DNA of 63,049 nucleotides from an uncultured Dolosicoccus sp. (GTDB taxonomy: Bacteria > Bacillota > Bacilli > Lactobacillales > Aerococcaceae): assembly GCA_945278685.1 (NCBI GenBank), contig CALYPW010000001.1, forward strand, positions 1-63,049, read 5' to 3'. A program made the position numbers and the translations under genes. The notes under the pieces are model-generated. The model was given only the letters and a program-made list of their open reading frames with translations, made no database searches and had not been told where the DNA came from. Positions within the stretch are counted from its first letter, which is position 1. The number at the start of each line of letters is the position of its first letter. Positions 50,360 through 62,566 of this stretch are shown here, in pieces.

Positions 50360-51187
50360 GTGGCGTTTAAAGTTTATAAAGCAACGTCTAACGGACGTCG
50401 TAACATGTCAAGCTATGACTTCTCAGAAATCTCAACAAACCAGCCTGAGAAATCATTGTTGACCAAGCAAAAACAAAAAGCCGGACGTTCAGGTGGTAAG
50501 ATCACAGTTCGTCACCGTGGTGGTGGGCACAAACACGCTTACCGCGTCATCGACTTCGCACGCAAGAAAGACGGCGTAGTTGGAACGGTCGCAACCATTG
50601 AATATGATCCAAACCGTACAGCCAACATTGCTTTGATCCATTATGAAGACGGCGTTAAGAAGTACATCTTAGCTCCTCGTGGGTTAAAAGTAGGTCAGAA
50701 GATCGAATCCGGTGAAGATGTGGATATCCAAGTAGGAAATGCTTTACCATTGTCAAGCATTCCAGACGGAACAACCATTCATAACATCGAATTGAAGCCT
50801 GGTGCTGGTGGACAGCTTGTTCGTTCAGCTGGTACCCGTGCACAGATTCTTGGACACGAAGGTAAGTACGCTCTTGTACGCCTAAGCTCTGGAGAAGTTC
50901 GTATGATTTTATCCTCTTGTCGAGCAACTGTCGGTATTGTCGGAAACGAACAGCACGAATTAGTTCGTCTAGGTAAAGCCGGACGTCGTCGTTGGATGGG
51001 ATTCACCTCGAAGGTACGTGGATCAGCCATGAACCCGAACGATCACCCACACGGAGGGGGAGAAGGACGTGCACCAATCGGTATGCCTTCACCATTATCT
51101 CCATGGGGTAAACCAACACTCGGTAAGAAAACACGTCGTAAGAATAAAAAGTCAAGCAATCTAATTGTAAGACAACGTAGAAGATAA
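50360..51187 (+). CDS. rplB: 50S ribosomal protein L2
   Basis: [28 protein letters not shown]. Confidence 0.99.
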   Translation: MAFKVYKATSNGRRNMSSYDFSEISTNQPEKSLLTKQKQKAGRSGGKITVRHRGGGHKHAYRVIDFARKKDGVVGTVATIEYDPNRTANIALIHYEDGVKKYILAPRGLKVGQKIESGEDVDIQVGNALPLSSIPDGTTIHNIELKPGAGGQLVRSAGTRAQILGHEGKYALVRLSSGEVRMILSSCRATVGIVGNEQHELVRLGKAGRRRWMGFTSKVRGSAMNPNDHPHGGGEGRAPIGMPSPLSPWGKPTLGKKTRRKNKKSSNLIVRQRRR

Positions 51188-51220
51188 TTAAGGACGAGCA
51201 CTTCGAAGGGAGGCTATATA

Positions 51221-51493
51221 ATGGCACAAGTTTACCAAAAAGGACCTTTTGTTGATGATCATCTAATGAAAAAGGTTTTAGAACAACAAGACAGCGAAAG
51301 AAAACAAGTCATTAGAACTTGGTCGCGTCGTTCAACTATTTATCCGAACTTCATCGGGTTAACAATCGCAGTTTATAATGGACGCGCACACGTTCCAGTT
51401 TATATCCAAGAAGACATGGTTGGACACAAGTTGGGAGAATTCGTTCCAACACGTACATTCCGCGGTCACTCAGGCGATAAAGCAACACGTTAA
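51221..51493 (+). CDS. rpsS: 30S ribosomal protein S19
   Basis: [21 protein letters not shown]. Confidence 0.98.
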   Translation: MAQVYQKGPFVDDHLMKKVLEQQDSERKQVIRTWSRRSTIYPNFIGLTIAVYNGRAHVPVYIQEDMVGHKLGEFVPTRTFRGHSGDKATR

Positions 51494-51513
51494 TAAAAGG
51501 AGGGAACACATAG

Positions 51514-51873
51514 ATGTCAACAGAACAAATCACATCTGCGAAAGCGACTGCTCGTACAGTCCGTATCGCTCCTCGTAAGGCGCGTTTAGTAATCGACCTT
51601 ATCCGAGGCAAACAAGTTGGTGAAGCACTATCTATCTTGAAGTTCACTCCAAGATCAGCAGCACCAATTATTGAAAAAGTACTAATGTCAGCAATCGCAA
51701 ACGCTGAACATAACTTTGATCTAGATATTGCTAATTTATATGTAAGTGAAGCTTACGTTGACGAGGGAGCAACAATGAAACGTTTCCGTCCTCGTGCACG
51801 TGGATCTGCTTCACCAATCAATAAGCGTACAAGTCACATTACAGTGGTTGTATCAGAGAAAGAGGAGGCATAA
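51514..51873 (+). CDS. rplV: 50S ribosomal protein L22
   Basis: [26 protein letters not shown]. Confidence 0.99.
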   Translation: MSTEQITSAKATARTVRIAPRKARLVIDLIRGKQVGEALSILKFTPRSAAPIIEKVLMSAIANAEHNFDLDIANLYVSEAYVDEGATMKRFRPRARGSASPINKRTSHITVVVSEKEEA

Positions 51874-51879
51874 TCTCAA

Positions 51880-52539
51880 ATGGGTCAAAAGATTAATCCG
51901 GTTGGACTAAGAATTGGAGTTATCCGTGACTGGGATGCAAAGTGGTTCGCAGAAGACGCTCAGTATGGAGAGTACTTACTCGAAGACTTAGAAATCCGTA
52001 AATATTTAGATAATAAGCTTTCTGAAGCCTCTGTCTCACGAGTCACAATTGAACGTGTAGCGAATCGCGTGAACATTTCAATCCACACAGCTAAGCCAGG
52101 AATGGTGATTGGTAAGGGTGGATCAGAAGTCGATGCAATTCGTGCCGACTTAACCAAGATGACAGGCAAGAAAGTTCACATCAATATTGTTGAAATCAAA
52201 GAGGCTAACTTGGACGCAACGCTTGTCGCAAAAGACATTGCTGAGCAGCTAGAAAACCGTATCGCATTCCGTCGTGCACAAAGACAAGCCATTCAGCGTG
52301 TCATGAGAGCTGGAGCAGAAGGTATCCGTGTTCAAATCTCTGGCCGTTTAAACGGAGCAGACATGGCTCGTACAGAGACACAAGCTGACGGAACGGTTCC
52401 ACTACATACTTTGAGAGCAGACATTGACTACGCTCACGAAGAAGCTGACACAACTTACGGAAAGTTAGGAGTTAAAGTTTGGATTGGACGCGGAGAAATC
52501 CTACCAACCATCAACAACGCTGAGAAAGGAGGGAACTAA
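51880..52539 (+). CDS. rpsC: 30S ribosomal protein S3
   Basis: [31 protein letters not shown]. Confidence 0.99.
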   Translation: MGQKINPVGLRIGVIRDWDAKWFAEDAQYGEYLLEDLEIRKYLDNKLSEASVSRVTIERVANRVNISIHTAKPGMVIGKGGSEVDAIRADLTKMTGKKVHINIVEIKEANLDATLVAKDIAEQLENRIAFRRAQRQAIQRVMRAGAEGIRVQISGRLNGADMARTETQADGTVPLHTLRADIDYAHEEADTTYGKLGVKVWIGRGEILPTINNAEKGGN

Positions 52540-52542
52540 TCG

Positions 52543-52977
52543 ATGTTAGTACCTAGAAGAGTTAAGTACCGTCGCGAATTCCGAGGCAAAATGCGCGGAG
52601 AAGCAAAGGGCGGAAAGAATATTGACTTTGGATCATACGGTTTACGAGCAATGGAATCTGCATGGATCTCAAACCGTCAGATCGAAGCAGCTCGTATCGC
52701 GATGACACGTTACATGAAGCGTGACGGGAAAGTATGGATTAAAATCTTCCCTCACAAGTCGCACTCACAAAAAGCGATCGGTGTACGTATGGGATCTGGT
52801 AAAGGAGCACCAGCAGGTTGGGTAGCCGTTGTTAAACGAGGACGTATCATGTTCGAAGTTGACGGTGTGCCAGAAGAGGTTGCTCGTGAAGCTTTACGTT
52901 TAGCTTCCCACAAGTTACCGATCAAAACGAAGTTCGTAGTACGTGAAGAATATGGTGGTGAATCGAATGCAAATTAA
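52543..52977 (+). CDS. rplP: 50S ribosomal protein L16
   Basis: [21 protein letters not shown]. Confidence 0.99.
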   Translation: MLVPRRVKYRREFRGKMRGEAKGGKNIDFGSYGLRAMESAWISNRQIEAARIAMTRYMKRDGKVWIKIFPHKSHSQKAIGVRMGSGKGAPAGWVAVVKRGRIMFEVDGVPEEVAREALRLASHKLPIKTKFVVREEYGGESNAN

Positions 52978-53161
52978 TGAAATCAGAGAATTATCTACTG
53001 AAGAAATGGTAGAGAAAGAAAAAGAATTCAAGCAAGAATTGTTCAACCTTCGATTCCAATTAGCGACCGGACAATTAGAGAACACTGCCCGCTTAGGCCA
53101 AGTACGCAAAGCGATTGCACGTATTAAGACAGTCTTGCGTGAGCAAGAATTGTCACAATAA
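52967..53161 (+). CDS. rpmC: 50S ribosomal protein L29
   Basis: [17 protein letters not shown]...RK.IARIKT; start at ATG 52967. Confidence 0.97.
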   Translation: MQINEIRELSTEEMVEKEKEFKQELFNLRFQLATGQLENTARLGQVRKAIARIKTVLREQELSQ

Positions 53162-53181
53162 CGAAAAGGAGGACTTAATAA

Positions 53182-53445
53182 ATGACAAAGAGAAATGAAC
53201 GTAAAGTTTATCAAGGTCAAGTTGTCTCAGACAAAACAGACAAGACAATCAGTGTTGCAGTTGAAACACTAAAAGTTCACCCTAAGTACGGTAAACGTAT
53301 TCGTTATACTAAGACATACAAAGTTCACGATGAAGACAATCGTGCAAAAGAAGGCGATATCGTTAGAATTATGGAAACACGCCCATTGTCAAAGACAAAG
53401 CGTTTCCGTCTAGTCGACATCGTTAAAGAAGCAGTAATCATCTAA
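53182..53445 (+). CDS. rpsQ: 30S ribosomal protein S17
   Basis: [25 protein letters not shown]. Confidence 0.99.
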   Translation: MTKRNERKVYQGQVVSDKTDKTISVAVETLKVHPKYGKRIRYTKTYKVHDEDNRAKEGDIVRIMETRPLSKTKRFRLVDIVKEAVII

Positions 53446-53476
53446 TAACAGATCAAGTTCGGGAGGAGGATATTGA

Positions 53477-53842
53477 ATGATTCAAACAGAAACTCGATTA
53501 AAAGTTGCTGACAATTCGGGTGCGCGTGAAGTCAAAGCCATCAAAGTGCTTGGCGGATCAAAGCGTCGTTATGCCAATATTGGTGACGTAATTGTTGCAT
53601 CAGTTAGACAAGCAACACCCGGTGGAGTTGTTAAGAAAGGCGAAGTCGTAAAAGCTGTCGTCGTTCGAACAAAAACAGGAGCACGCCGTGATGATGGGAC
53701 ATACATCAAGTTTGACGAGAACGCATGTGTCATTATTCGTGATGATCAAGGACCAAGAGGAACACGTATCTTCGGACCAGTAGCACGTGAATTGCGTGAA
53801 AACTTCATGCGAATAGTTTCATTAGCTCCAGAAGTTCTATAA
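53477..53842 (+). CDS. rplN: 50S ribosomal protein L14
   Basis: [26 protein letters not shown]. Confidence 0.99.
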   Translation: MIQTETRLKVADNSGAREVKAIKVLGGSKRRYANIGDVIVASVRQATPGGVVKKGEVVKAVVVRTKTGARRDDGTYIKFDENACVIIRDDQGPRGTRIFGPVARELRENFMRIVSLAPEVL

Positions 53843-53870
53843 TTATTAACGAAGGAGGGAAATAGAAATT

Positions 53871-54176
53871 ATGCGTATCAAAACAGGTGATAAAGTCCAG
53901 ATCATTGCTGGAAAAGATAAAGGTCAATCGGGAACAGTTTTACAAGTCTTCCCTAAAGATCAACGAGTAATCGTTGAAGGATTAAACTTAGTTAAGAAAC
54001 ACACAAGCGCGATGCAAGGTGGACAAGGCGGAATTGAAGAAATTCCAGCACCTATTCATGTATCTAATGTGATGTACGTCGATCCATCGACCAACGAACC
54101 TACAAAATTAGGTTTCCGCTTCGAAGATGGTAAGAAAGTACGTTTCGCTAAGAAATCAAACGAAACAGTTAACTAA
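53871..54176 (+). CDS. rplX: 50S ribosomal protein L24
   Basis: [21 protein letters not shown]. Confidence 0.98.
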   Translation: MRIKTGDKVQIIAGKDKGQSGTVLQVFPKDQRVIVEGLNLVKKHTSAMQGGQGGIEEIPAPIHVSNVMYVDPSTNEPTKLGFRFEDGKKVRFAKKSNETVN

Positions 54177-54203
54177 TAACACTCGAAGGGAGGATAATCA
54201 TTC

Positions 54204-54746
54204 ATGCAAAATCGTTTAAAAGAAAAATTCGACAACGAAATTACCCCGAAGTTAGTAGAACAATTTGACTACTCTTCTGTTATGGAAGTACCACAAGTTG
54301 AAAAAATTGTTGTCAACATGGGTGTGGGTGACGCCGTATCGAATGCAAAGAACTTAGAAAAAGCTGTTGAAGAGCTGGCACTTATTACAGGACAAAAGCC
54401 AGTCGTTACAACTGCTCGTAAATCCATCGCTGGATTCCGCCTACGTGAAGGAATGCCAATTGGATGTAAAGTAACCCTACGTGGAAAGAGAATGTATGAC
54501 TTCTTAGACAAGTTGATCAACGTTTCTCTCCCTCGTGTTCGTGACTTCCACGGTGTAAGTGGACGTTCATTCGACGGACGTGGGAATTATACTCTCGGTG
54601 TACGTGAGCAATTAATTTTCCCAGAAGTTAATTACGATGATGTAGATAAAGTTCGTGGATTGGACATTTCTATCATCACATCTGCACAAACAGACGAAGA
54701 GTCATACGCTCTATTAAAAGAGTTAGGCATGCCGTTTAGAAAATAA
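54204..54746 (+). CDS. rplE: 50S ribosomal protein L5
   Basis: [22 protein letters not shown]. Confidence 0.99.
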   Translation: MQNRLKEKFDNEITPKLVEQFDYSSVMEVPQVEKIVVNMGVGDAVSNAKNLEKAVEELALITGQKPVVTTARKSIAGFRLREGMPIGCKVTLRGKRMYDFLDKLINVSLPRVRDFHGVSGRSFDGRGNYTLGVREQLIFPEVNYDDVDKVRGLDISIITSAQTDEESYALLKELGMPFRK

Positions 54747-54772
54747 TCAACAAAAAGGAGGCGTAGTAAACA

Positions 54773-54958
54773 TTGGCAAGAAAAGCTCTTATCGAAAAGA
54801 ATAAACGTAAACAAAAATTCAAAGTCAGAGAATATACTCGTTGTGAGCGTTGTGGACGTCCTCATTCAGTTTATCGTAAATTTAAACTTTGCCGTATTTG
54901 CTTCCGCGAACTTGCACACGCAGGTCAAATCCCTGGTGTAAGAAAAGCAAGCTGGTAA
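54773..54958 (+). CDS. rpsZ: 30S ribosomal protein S14, zinc-binding type Z
   Basis: 61 aa, CERC...[13 protein letters not shown]; TTG start. Confidence 0.97.
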   Translation: MARKALIEKNKRKQKFKVREYTRCERCGRPHSVYRKFKLCRICFRELAHAGQIPGVRKASW

Positions 54959-54989
54959 GAAAAACGACATTTAAAGGAGGTAAATACTC

Positions 54990-55388
54990 ATGGGAATGAC
55001 AGATCCAATCGCTGATTTCTTAACGCGTATCCGCAATGCGAACAGCATCGGTATGAAACAGGTTTCTTCACCATCATCAAAGATGCGTGTAGCTATCGCT
55101 GAAATCTTAAAAGAAGAAGGATTCATCAACGACTTTTCAGTTGAAGAAGATAACAAGCAAAACGTAATCACACTTGACTTGAAATATGGTGCAAATGACG
55201 AAAAAGTAATCGGTGGATTACGCCGTATTTCAAAACCTGGTTTAAGAATTTACGCAAGCGCAGAAGAAGTTCCAAAAGTTCTTAACGGACTAGGAATCGC
55301 CATTGTTTCAACATCAAACGGAGTCATCACTGACAAGGAAGCCCGTCAACAAAACGTTGGTGGCGAAGTACTTGCCTACGTTTGGTAA
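54990..55388 (+). CDS. rpsH: 30S ribosomal protein S8
   Basis: [24 protein letters not shown]. Confidence 0.99.
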   Translation: MGMTDPIADFLTRIRNANSIGMKQVSSPSSKMRVAIAEILKEEGFINDFSVEEDNKQNVITLDLKYGANDEKVIGGLRRISKPGLRIYASAEEVPKVLNGLGIAIVSTSNGVITDKEARQQNVGGEVLAYVW

Positions 55389-55421
55389 TCACTAATAAAT
55401 AAATATAGGAGGTGTAGCCCT

Positions 55422-55955
55422 GTGAGTCGTATCGGAAAAAATCCAATTACAATTCCAGAAGGCGTTACTATTGATATTGACGGTCATACACTGACTGTAA
55501 AAGGGCCAAAAGGCGAAGCAACTCGCGAGTTAAACCCTCTTATCAAAGTTGAATTAACAGACGGTGAACTACTATTCACACGTCCAAACGAATCAAAAGA
55601 AGCACGTTCATTACACGGAACCATGCGTTCAATCGCAAGCAACATGGTGGTAGGTGTTACAGAAGGTTTCGAAAAGAAATTAGAACTTATAGGTGTTGGT
55701 TACCGTGCACAAATGCAAGGCAACAAATTAGACCTAACCGTTGGTCTTTCGCATCCAGTTCAATTCGAATCATTAGAAGGTGCAGAAATCTCAGTCCCAA
55801 CCAATACAGAGATTGTAATCTCAGGATATGACAAGGAAAACGTTGGAGAATTAGCAGCCAACATCCGTGCCATTCGTCCACCAGAACCTTACAATGGAAA
55901 AGGAATTAAATATTCTGACGAAAGAATCATCCGTAAGGAAGGTAAGACTGGATAA
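55422..55955 (+). CDS. rplF: 50S ribosomal protein L6
   Basis: SRIGK, GVGYRA, RPPEPY.GKGI. Confidence 0.99.
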   Translation: MSRIGKNPITIPEGVTIDIDGHTLTVKGPKGEATRELNPLIKVELTDGELLFTRPNESKEARSLHGTMRSIASNMVVGVTEGFEKKLELIGVGYRAQMQGNKLDLTVGLSHPVQFESLEGAEISVPTNTEIVISGYDKENVGELAANIRAIRPPEPYNGKGIKYSDERIIRKEGKTG

Positions 55956-56018
55956 TCCTCGAATTATTCTGTCCGTCCAATATTTAGTGAGATTAAATAA
56001 CGATAAAGAGGTGACAAT

Positions 56019-56372
56019 GTGATTAAAAAGGTAAACAGAAACAAAATGCGTCAAAAACGTCATTTGCGTGCAAGAACAAACATTGCTGGAACTGCTCAAA
56101 GTCCTCGTTTAAACGTTTTCCGTTCAAACAAAAACATTTCTGCTCAGTTGATTGATGATGAAGCAGGAGTCACTTTAGCAAGTGCTTCATCTTTCGAAGA
56201 GAACATCTCTGGAACTAAAGTTGAACAAGCAAAACAAGTAGGTAAATTGATCGCAGAACGCGCAGAAACCATCGGAGTCAAAACAGCAGTTTATGACCGC
56301 GGAGGATATCTATACCACGGACGTGTCAAAGCATTAGCCGAAGGCGCTCGTGAACAAGGTTTAGAAATTTAA
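56019..56372 (+). CDS. rplR: 50S ribosomal protein L18
   Basis: [19 protein letters not shown]. Confidence 0.99.
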   Translation: MIKKVNRNKMRQKRHLRARTNIAGTAQSPRLNVFRSNKNISAQLIDDEAGVTLASASSFEENISGTKVEQAKQVGKLIAERAETIGVKTAVYDRGGYLYHGRVKALAEGAREQGLEI

Positions 56373-56393
56373 GTAAAGGAGGACACACTGATA

Positions 56394-56897
56394 ATGGAAT
56401 ATATCAACCCAAACGATTTAGGAGAACTTGAAGATCAAGTAGTAGCTATAAATCGTGTTACTAAAGTTGTTAAAGGTGGACGTCGTCTACGTTTCTCTGC
56501 TCTTGTAGTTGTTGGAGACCGTAATGGACATGTCGGATTTGGAACAGGTAAAGCACAAGAAGTTCCTGAAGCTATCCGTAAAGCCATTGAAGATGCAAAG
56601 ACTAAATTAATTCATGTACCTATGCGTGAATCAACAATTCCTCACGAAGTAATTGGTGAGTTCAGCGGTGGACGTGTTCTAATGAAACCAGCGATTGCCG
56701 GTTCTGGAGTCACAGCAGGTGGACCAGTTCGTGCCGTCATGGACTTAGCAGGTGTAGCGGACGTTACATCTAAGTCATTAGGTTCAAACACACCTATCAA
56801 CATGGTACAAGCTACGATTGATGGCCTCAAACAATTAAAGAGAGCTCACGAAGTTGCAGAACTACGTGGTAAAACCGTAGAAGAATTATTAGGATAG
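56394..56897 (+). CDS. rpsE: 30S ribosomal protein S5
   Basis: [24 protein letters not shown]. Confidence 0.99.
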   Translation: MEYINPNDLGELEDQVVAINRVTKVVKGGRRLRFSALVVVGDRNGHVGFGTGKAQEVPEAIRKAIEDAKTKLIHVPMRESTIPHEVIGEFSGGRVLMKPAIAGSGVTAGGPVRAVMDLAGVADVTSKSLGSNTPINMVQATIDGLKQLKRAHEVAELRGKTVEELLG

Positions 56898-56909
56898 GGG
56901 GCCCATTAA

Positions 56910-57089
56910 ATGGCGCAGTTAGAAATCACTCTAAAGCGTAGTTTTATTGGTCGTAAAAAGAACCAAATTCAAACAGCCAAGGCTTTAGGATTAAATAAAA
57001 CTAATCAAACAGTTGTCAAACCAGATAATGAAGCTATTCGTGGGATGATCCAAGTAATCAGCCATATGGTTGAAGTCAAAGAAGCTTAA
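56910..57089 (+). CDS. rpmD: 50S ribosomal protein L30 (absent from the ORF track, 59 aa)
   Basis: Hand translation [59 protein letters not shown]; lies between rpsE and rplO. Confidence 0.97.
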   Translation: MAQLEITLKRSFIGRKKNQIQTAKALGLNKTNQTVVKPDNEAIRGMIQVISHMVEVKEA

Positions 57090-57123
57090 TTAACTGATAA
57101 ATACTACAAGGAGGTGCCGATTG

Positions 57124-57558
57124 ATGAAACTTCATAACTTACAACCTGCAGCAGGATCCCGTAAATCACGCAAACGTGTAGGACGCGGATCAGGTTCAGG
57201 AATGGGTAAAACATCAGGACGCGGGCAAAAAGGACAAAAGGCTCGTTACAGCGTCGCTGTTGGATTCGAGGGTGGACAAACTCCTCTATTCCGTCGTTTG
57301 CCCAAACGTGGATTTACTAACCCAACTCGTAAAGAGTATGCGATTGTAAACGTAGGTGACTTGAATCAGTTTGATGCTGGTACAACGGTTACACCAGTTT
57401 TACTCGTTGAAACAGGTTTATTATCTAACGAAAAATCAGGAGTCAAGATTTTAGGAGAAGGTCAATTAGATAAGAAGTTAACTGTGCAAGCAGCTAAGTT
57501 CTCGAAAGCAGCTGAAGAAGCGATTACTTCTGCTGGCGGATCTGCCGAGGTGATCTAA
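57124..57558 (+). CDS. rplO: 50S ribosomal protein L15
   Basis: [34 protein letters not shown]. Confidence 0.99.
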   Translation: MKLHNLQPAAGSRKSRKRVGRGSGSGMGKTSGRGQKGQKARYSVAVGFEGGQTPLFRRLPKRGFTNPTRKEYAIVNVGDLNQFDAGTTVTPVLLVETGLLSNEKSGVKILGEGQLDKKLTVQAAKFSKAAEEAITSAGGSAEVI

Positions 57559-58850
57559 TGATATCCTTCTTGAGAAATGCATTTGCTATCAAAGATGTTC
57601 GTCGACGAATTTTCTTTACTTTATTCATCTTTGCAATATTCAGATTGGGTTCTCACATTCCAGTTCCCGGAGTCAATGCGACTGCTCTTAGTGCATTGGC
57701 CAGCAGTGGATTACTTGGAATGTTGAATACTTTTGGTGGAGGAGCGTTAATCCGCTATTCAATCTTCGCCATGGGAGTTTCTCCGTACATCACTGCATCC
57801 ATTATCATGCAGTTGTTACAAATGGATCTCGTTCCCAAATTTACTGAATGGGCAAACCAAGGTGAGGTAGGACGTAGAAAGCTGAATCAAGCGACTATCT
57901 ATCTTGCAATTCTCTTAGGGATCGTGCAATCGATCGGAGTTTCTGTTGGTTTCAACCAACTATCCGGTCTTGGATTAATCAAAGATCCAAGTGTTAGCAC
58001 TTATCTAACCATCGCGCTTGTCTTAACTGCTGGAACCATGTTCTTGGTCTGGTTAGGTGAGCAAATCACTCGTAATGGAATAGGTAACGGATTGTCGATG
58101 ATTATCTTCGCAGGTATTGTTGCAGAAGTTCCAAAGGATTTTTACCAATACTTTCAAACAAGTCTCAGCAACGCTGGAGATGAGTTGACTCGTAATTTAC
58201 TAATCCTCGCTGCAGTAATTTTAGTACTGATCGTATTAATCGTTATTGTAGTTGCCATGGAAAGAGCACAACGACGGATACCTATTCATTATTCAAGACA
58301 TGCTTCAGGTGCCAAATATTCTGCGCACTTGCCATTGAAAATCAACTCAGCTGGAGTTATTCCAGTGATCTTTGCAAGCTCGTTTATTACGACACCACAA
58401 ACGATTATGGGATTCTTCTCATCTGGTGATCTAGAAGGATGGCGCAAAGTCGTCGCAACGATTTTTGACTTGCAAGAACCAATAGGAGCGGTCTTTTACA
58501 CCTTACTATTGATTGCATTTACTTACTTCTATGCCTTGATACAAGTCAACCCTGAACGTGTAGCTGAAAACCTACAAAAACAAAGTGGATATGTCCCAAG
58601 TGTAAGACCCGGTAAAGACACTGAAAACTACCTCACAGGTGTGATCAACCGTCTGAGTGGAGTCGGAGCTTTATATCTTACTTTAATTGCTGTCTTACCA
58701 ATTGTGGCAGGATTCATTTGGGAAATCCCAATGACGATTTCTTTAAGTGGTACAAGCCTACTAATCGTAGTTGGAGTTGCCATCGACACAGCAAATCAAA
58801 TTGAAGGTCACATGACCAAACGACAGTACCAAGGTTTCTTATACCAATGA
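57558..58850 (+). CDS. secY: Preprotein translocase subunit SecY
   Basis: SIFAMGVSPYITASI, GIGNG.S, GVIPVIFA, RPG..T, GTSLLIVVGV. Confidence 0.99.
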   Translation: MISFLRNAFAIKDVRRRIFFTLFIFAIFRLGSHIPVPGVNATALSALASSGLLGMLNTFGGGALIRYSIFAMGVSPYITASIIMQLLQMDLVPKFTEWANQGEVGRRKLNQATIYLAILLGIVQSIGVSVGFNQLSGLGLIKDPSVSTYLTIALVLTAGTMFLVWLGEQITRNGIGNGLSMIIFAGIVAEVPKDFYQYFQTSLSNAGDELTRNLLILAAVILVLIVLIVIVVAMERAQRRIPIHYSRHASGAKYSAHLPLKINSAGVIPVIFASSFITTPQTIMGFFSSGDLEGWRKVVATIFDLQEPIGAVFYTLLLIAFTYFYALIQVNPERVAENLQKQSGYVPSVRPGKDTENYLTGVINRLSGVGALYLTLIAVLPIVAGFIWEIPMTISLSGTSLLIVVGVAIDTANQIEGHMTKRQYQGFLYQ

Positions 58851-58868
58851 GTTTCGACGGATTAAAGG

Positions 58869-59534
58869 ATGAGAGAATTGAACATTATAATTATGGGCTT
58901 GCCAGGGGCAGGTAAAGGCACTCAAAGTGAGAACATCACTCGAGACTATGGGCTGGTACATATTGCAACTGGGGACATGTTCCGTGAAGCAATTCAAAAT
59001 GAAACAGCTCTCGGTTTAGAAGCAAAAGCATACATCGATCAGGGAAACTTAGTACCTGATGAAGTGACCAATGGGATCGTCAAAGAACGTCTCGAACAAG
59101 AAGACGTCAAAGCCAATGGTTTCTTACTGGATGGTTATCCACGTACAGAAGCTCAAGCAGCGACTCTTAATGACAACTTAGAACAATTAGACATCTATTT
59201 GGATGGCGTCATCTATGTTGACGTAGATCCAGAAGTTCTTAAAGAACGTCTCAGTGGACGAATCATTTGTCGAGGCTGTGGAGCATCTTTCCATAAGATT
59301 TTCAATCCGCCAACCAAAGACAATGTATGTGATCATTGCCAAGCTTCTGATTTCTACCAACGTGAAGATGATAAACCTGAAAAAATTGCTCACAGAATTC
59401 AACTCCAAATGGATTCCACGCAACCAATCCTTGATTATTACAAGGAAAATGGTTTACTACATACTGTCCAAGGTGACCAAGAGATCGGCGATGTTTACCA
59501 AGAAATTCGTAAAATCCTCGATCATTTCAAATAA
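58869..59534 (+). CDS. adk: Adenylate kinase (zinc-lid type)
   Basis: GLPGAGKGTQ, LLDGYPR, CRGC...CDHC. Confidence 0.98.
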   Translation: MRELNIIIMGLPGAGKGTQSENITRDYGLVHIATGDMFREAIQNETALGLEAKAYIDQGNLVPDEVTNGIVKERLEQEDVKANGFLLDGYPRTEAQAATLNDNLEQLDIYLDGVIYVDVDPEVLKERLSGRIICRGCGASFHKIFNPPTKDNVCDHCQASDFYQREDDKPEKIAHRIQLQMDSTQPILDYYKENGLLHTVQGDQEIGDVYQEIRKILDHFK

Positions 59535-59579
59535 TAATCAGTTTGTATAGTCTGGTGGAGACATCAAGAGGAGGTATTC

Positions 59580-59798
59580 ATGGCTAATAAAGACGTCATC
59601 GAAATTGAAGGTACAGTCATTGAAACTTTACCGAACGCAATGTTTAAAGTTGAATTAGACAATGACCATGAAATTTTAGCGCATATTTCAGGAAAGATTC
59701 GCATGAACTATATCCGAATTTTACCTGGAGATCGAGTGACAGTTGAAATGTCACCCTATGATTTAACCCGTGGTCGAATCACCTATCGCTTTAAATAA
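59580..59798 (+). CDS. infA: Translation initiation factor IF-1
   Basis: LPNAMF.V, HISGKIR.NYI.ILPGD, GRITYR. Confidence 0.99.
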   Translation: MANKDVIEIEGTVIETLPNAMFKVELDNDHEILAHISGKIRMNYIRILPGDRVTVEMSPYDLTRGRITYRFK

Positions 59799-59831
59799 TT
59801 CGATTAAAAAGCTTGACGAGGAGGTAAAGGG

Positions 59832-59945
59832 ATGAAAGTTAGAGCATCAGTAAAACCCATGTGTGAAAAATGTGAAGTTATTCGCCGTAATGGTCGAGTA
59901 ATGGTCATTTGTGAAAACCCGAAACATAAACAACGTCAAGGATAA
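59832..59945 (+). CDS. rpmJ: 50S ribosomal protein L36, zinc-binding (absent from the ORF track)
   Basis: Hand translation [37 protein letters not shown]. Confidence 0.98.
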   Translation: MKVRASVKPMCEKCEVIRRNGRVMVICENPKHKQRQG

Positions 59946-59966
59946 TTAATAAGGAGGTGCCCATTA

Positions 59967-60323
59967 ATGGCTCGTATAGCAGGAGTAGACATTCCACGTA
60001 ACAAACGTGTAGTTGTTGCCTTAACATACATCTATGGTATTGGTACAACAACCGCTAAAGAAATTTTGGCAAAGTCAGAGGTCTCAGAAGACACACGCGT
60101 ATCCGATTTAACAAACGATGAATTAGATACCATCCGTCGTGTAACTGGCGAATACAAACTTGAAGGAGACTTACGTCGTGATGTAAGCATGGATATCGCT
60201 CGATTAAAAGAGATCGGTTCATACCGTGGCTACCGTCACCGTCGTAACTTACCAGTACGTGGACAGAAGACCAAAAACAATGCCCGTACTCGTAAAGGTC
60301 CAAAACGTTCAATTACAAACTAA
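59967..60323 (+). CDS. rpsM: 30S ribosomal protein S13
   Basis: [31 protein letters not shown]. Confidence 0.99.
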   Translation: MARIAGVDIPRNKRVVVALTYIYGIGTTTAKEILAKSEVSEDTRVSDLTNDELDTIRRVTGEYKLEGDLRRDVSMDIARLKEIGSYRGYRHRRNLPVRGQKTKNNARTRKGPKRSITN

Positions 60324-60350
60324 TAATAAATTTAAGGAGGTCAATAATTA

Positions 60351-60740
60351 ATGGCAACAGGTGCAACACGTAGACGCCGTCGCGTCAGAAAAAACGTCGA
60401 CCGTGGAATCGCGCATATTTCATCAACCTTCAACAACACAATTGTGATGATCACAGATGTTAACGGAAATGCGATCGCATGGTCATCAGCCGGAGCATTA
60501 GGATTCCGTGGTTCACGTAAATCAACCCCCTTTGCGGCACAAATGGCAGCAGAAACAGCTGCAAAAGAAGCAATGGAACATGGTATGAAATCAGTTGAGG
60601 TAACTGTTAAAGGACCAGGTTCAGGTCGCGAATCAGCTATTCGATCTTTACAGGCAACTGGATTAGAGGTCACATCCATTCGTGACGTTACTCCTATTCC
60701 TCACAACGGAGGCCGTCCACCAAAACGTCGTCGTGTTTAA
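60351..60740 (+). CDS. rpsK: 30S ribosomal protein S11
   Basis: [24 protein letters not shown]. Confidence 0.99.
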   Translation: MATGATRRRRRVRKNVDRGIAHISSTFNNTIVMITDVNGNAIAWSSAGALGFRGSRKSTPFAAQMAAETAAKEAMEHGMKSVEVTVKGPGSGRESAIRSLQATGLEVTSIRDVTPIPHNGGRPPKRRRV

Positions 60741-60830
60741 TTAAAATCTATCAATGATTGTCTCAATCCTTTATAGATATAAGACTTATAAATCATTTAT
60801 AGTACGTTTTGAAAGGGGAACTAGCACTCA

Positions 60831-61787
60831 ATGATTGAAATTGAAAAGCCAGAAATAAGGACGGTTGAAGTCAGCGATGATTCCAAATTTGGAAAGATCG
60901 TTATAGAACCATTAGAGAGAGGCTACGGAACCACTCTAGGAAACTCATTACGTCGTATTTTATTAGCTTCATTACCAGGAGCGGCAGTTACAAGCATTCA
61001 AATCGAAGGTGTCTTACATGAGTTTTCGACAGTAGAAGGCGTTGTAGAAGATGTGCCAACAATCATCTTAAACCTCAAGCGTCTCGCGATGAAATTGCAT
61101 ACTGATCCAGAAAGCGAAGAAGACAAAGTTATTGAGTTAAATGTTGTTGGTCCAAAGACAGTGACTGCAGCAGATATTTCAGTTGACAGCGAAGTTGAGA
61201 TTTTAAACCCTGATTTATTCATTTGTAACCTTGCAGAAGGTGCAGAATTAAACATGAAGATTAACGTCTCACGTGGTCGTGGATATGTTCGTGCTGACCA
61301 GAATAAGAAAGATAACATGCCTATTGGTGTTCTACCAGTAGACTCAATCTATACCCCAATTGAAAAAGTTAACTACCAAGTCGAGAATACCCGCATCGGT
61401 TTACAAAATATCTATGACAAATTAACCTTGGATATTTGGACAGATGGCTCAATTTCCCCTGAGAAATCTTTGAGCTTGGCAGCAAAAATTCTAACTGAAC
61501 ACTTAAACGTGTTTGTTGATTTAACAGAAGAAGCCCGCGAAGCTGAAATCATGGTGGAGAAAGAAGAAACAGAACAAGACAAGGCGTTAGTCATGTCCAT
61601 TGAAGAACTGGATCTATCCGTCCGTTCATACAACTGTTTGAAACGAGCAGGTATTAACACCGTTCAGGAATTGACTGAGAAAACAGAAGCAGACATGATG
61701 AAAGTCCGTAACTTAGGAAAGAAATCATTAGCGGAAGTTAATTCAAAGTTAGACAGCTTGGGTCTAAGTTTAAAAAATGAAGAATAA
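60831..61787 (+). CDS. rpoA: RNA polymerase alpha subunit
   Basis: [32 protein letters not shown]. Confidence 0.99.
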   Translation: MIEIEKPEIRTVEVSDDSKFGKIVIEPLERGYGTTLGNSLRRILLASLPGAAVTSIQIEGVLHEFSTVEGVVEDVPTIILNLKRLAMKLHTDPESEEDKVIELNVVGPKTVTAADISVDSEVEILNPDLFICNLAEGAELNMKINVSRGRGYVRADQNKKDNMPIGVLPVDSIYTPIEKVNYQVENTRIGLQNIYDKLTLDIWTDGSISPEKSLSLAAKILTEHLNVFVDLTEEAREAEIMVEKEETEQDKALVMSIEELDLSVRSYNCLKRAGINTVQELTEKTEADMMKVRNLGKKSLAEVNSKLDSLGLSLKNEE

Positions 61788-61825
61788 ATTCTTCTAATTC
61801 ACAACACAAAGGAGGAACTCATACA

Positions 61826-62206
61826 ATGGCATACCGTAAATTAGGACGTACATCTTCACAGCGTAAAGCTTTATTAAGAAGCTTAACAACCGAAGTATTA
61901 ATGAACGAGCGCATTGAAACAACAGAAGCTCGTGCCAAAGAAGTTCGTAAATTCGTCGACAAGATGATTACATTGGCTAAGAAAGGCGATTTATCATCAC
62001 GCAGACGCGCAATCAACTTCTTAAGAAATGAAATCGCTGACGCTCGTATTGAAGAAGACGAAGTCATCATCGAACGCGTGACGGACCGTCTATTCAACGA
62101 ATACGCAGAACGCTACGCAGACCGTAACGGAGGATACACACGTATCAGCAAAAAAGGTCCACGTCGTGGTGACGCAGCAATGATGGTTATCATCGAATTA
62201 GTTTAA
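61826..62206 (+). CDS. rplQ: 50S ribosomal protein L17
   Basis: [25 protein letters not shown]. Confidence 0.99.
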   Translation: MAYRKLGRTSSQRKALLRSLTTEVLMNERIETTEARAKEVRKFVDKMITLAKKGDLSSRRRAINFLRNEIADARIEEDEVIIERVTDRLFNEYAERYADRNGGYTRISKKGPRRGDAAMMVIIELV

Positions 62207-62220
62207 TAGAAGTGTAAAGA

Positions 62221-62348
62221 ATCACTTTTGTGATGGGGAGTGTTATGATCGGTCCAATGGACGGGTCTAGCTCTGTAGCAGATAGACATTCTATCCAAGG
62301 TTGGGACTTTTGTCCCAACCTGAAGCTATCATCGTGAATGTGTTTTTT
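62221..62348 (+). ncRNA. L17 downstream element (L17DE)-like structured RNA
   Basis: Lies immediately 3' of rplQ. GAGTGTTATGAT (62238-62249) and GTCTAGCTC (62265-62273) blocks sit inside the outer pairing TGATGG/CTATCA, as recalled for the L17DE motif of Lactobacillales/Listeria. Confidence 0.7.
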
Positions 62349-62419
62349 ATTTCTTTATAAATATTCTTATTTTATTTGTATATAGTCCGCCTGTCTGATA
62401 GAGTATATATAAATAGAAT

Positions 62420-62526
62420 AAATCTTCAGGGCAAGGTGTAATTCCTTTACCGGCGGTAGAGTCCGCGAGCGCAAGCTGAACTGGTGTAATTCCAGTACCG
62501 ACAGTAAAGTCTGGATGAAAGAAGAG
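62420..62526 (+). ncRNA. FMN riboswitch (RFN element)
   Basis: TCTTCAGGGCAAGGTGTAATTCC..ACCGGCGGT..AGTCCGCGA..CTGGTGTAATTCCAGTACCGACAGTAAAGTCTGGATGAAAGAAGA. Candidate promoter TTGTAT-N17-TAGAGT at 62376-62404. Confidence 0.95.
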
Positions 62527-62566
62527 AACTAAGCAACGAAAGGGATCGGTACCCTTTTCGGCAATT

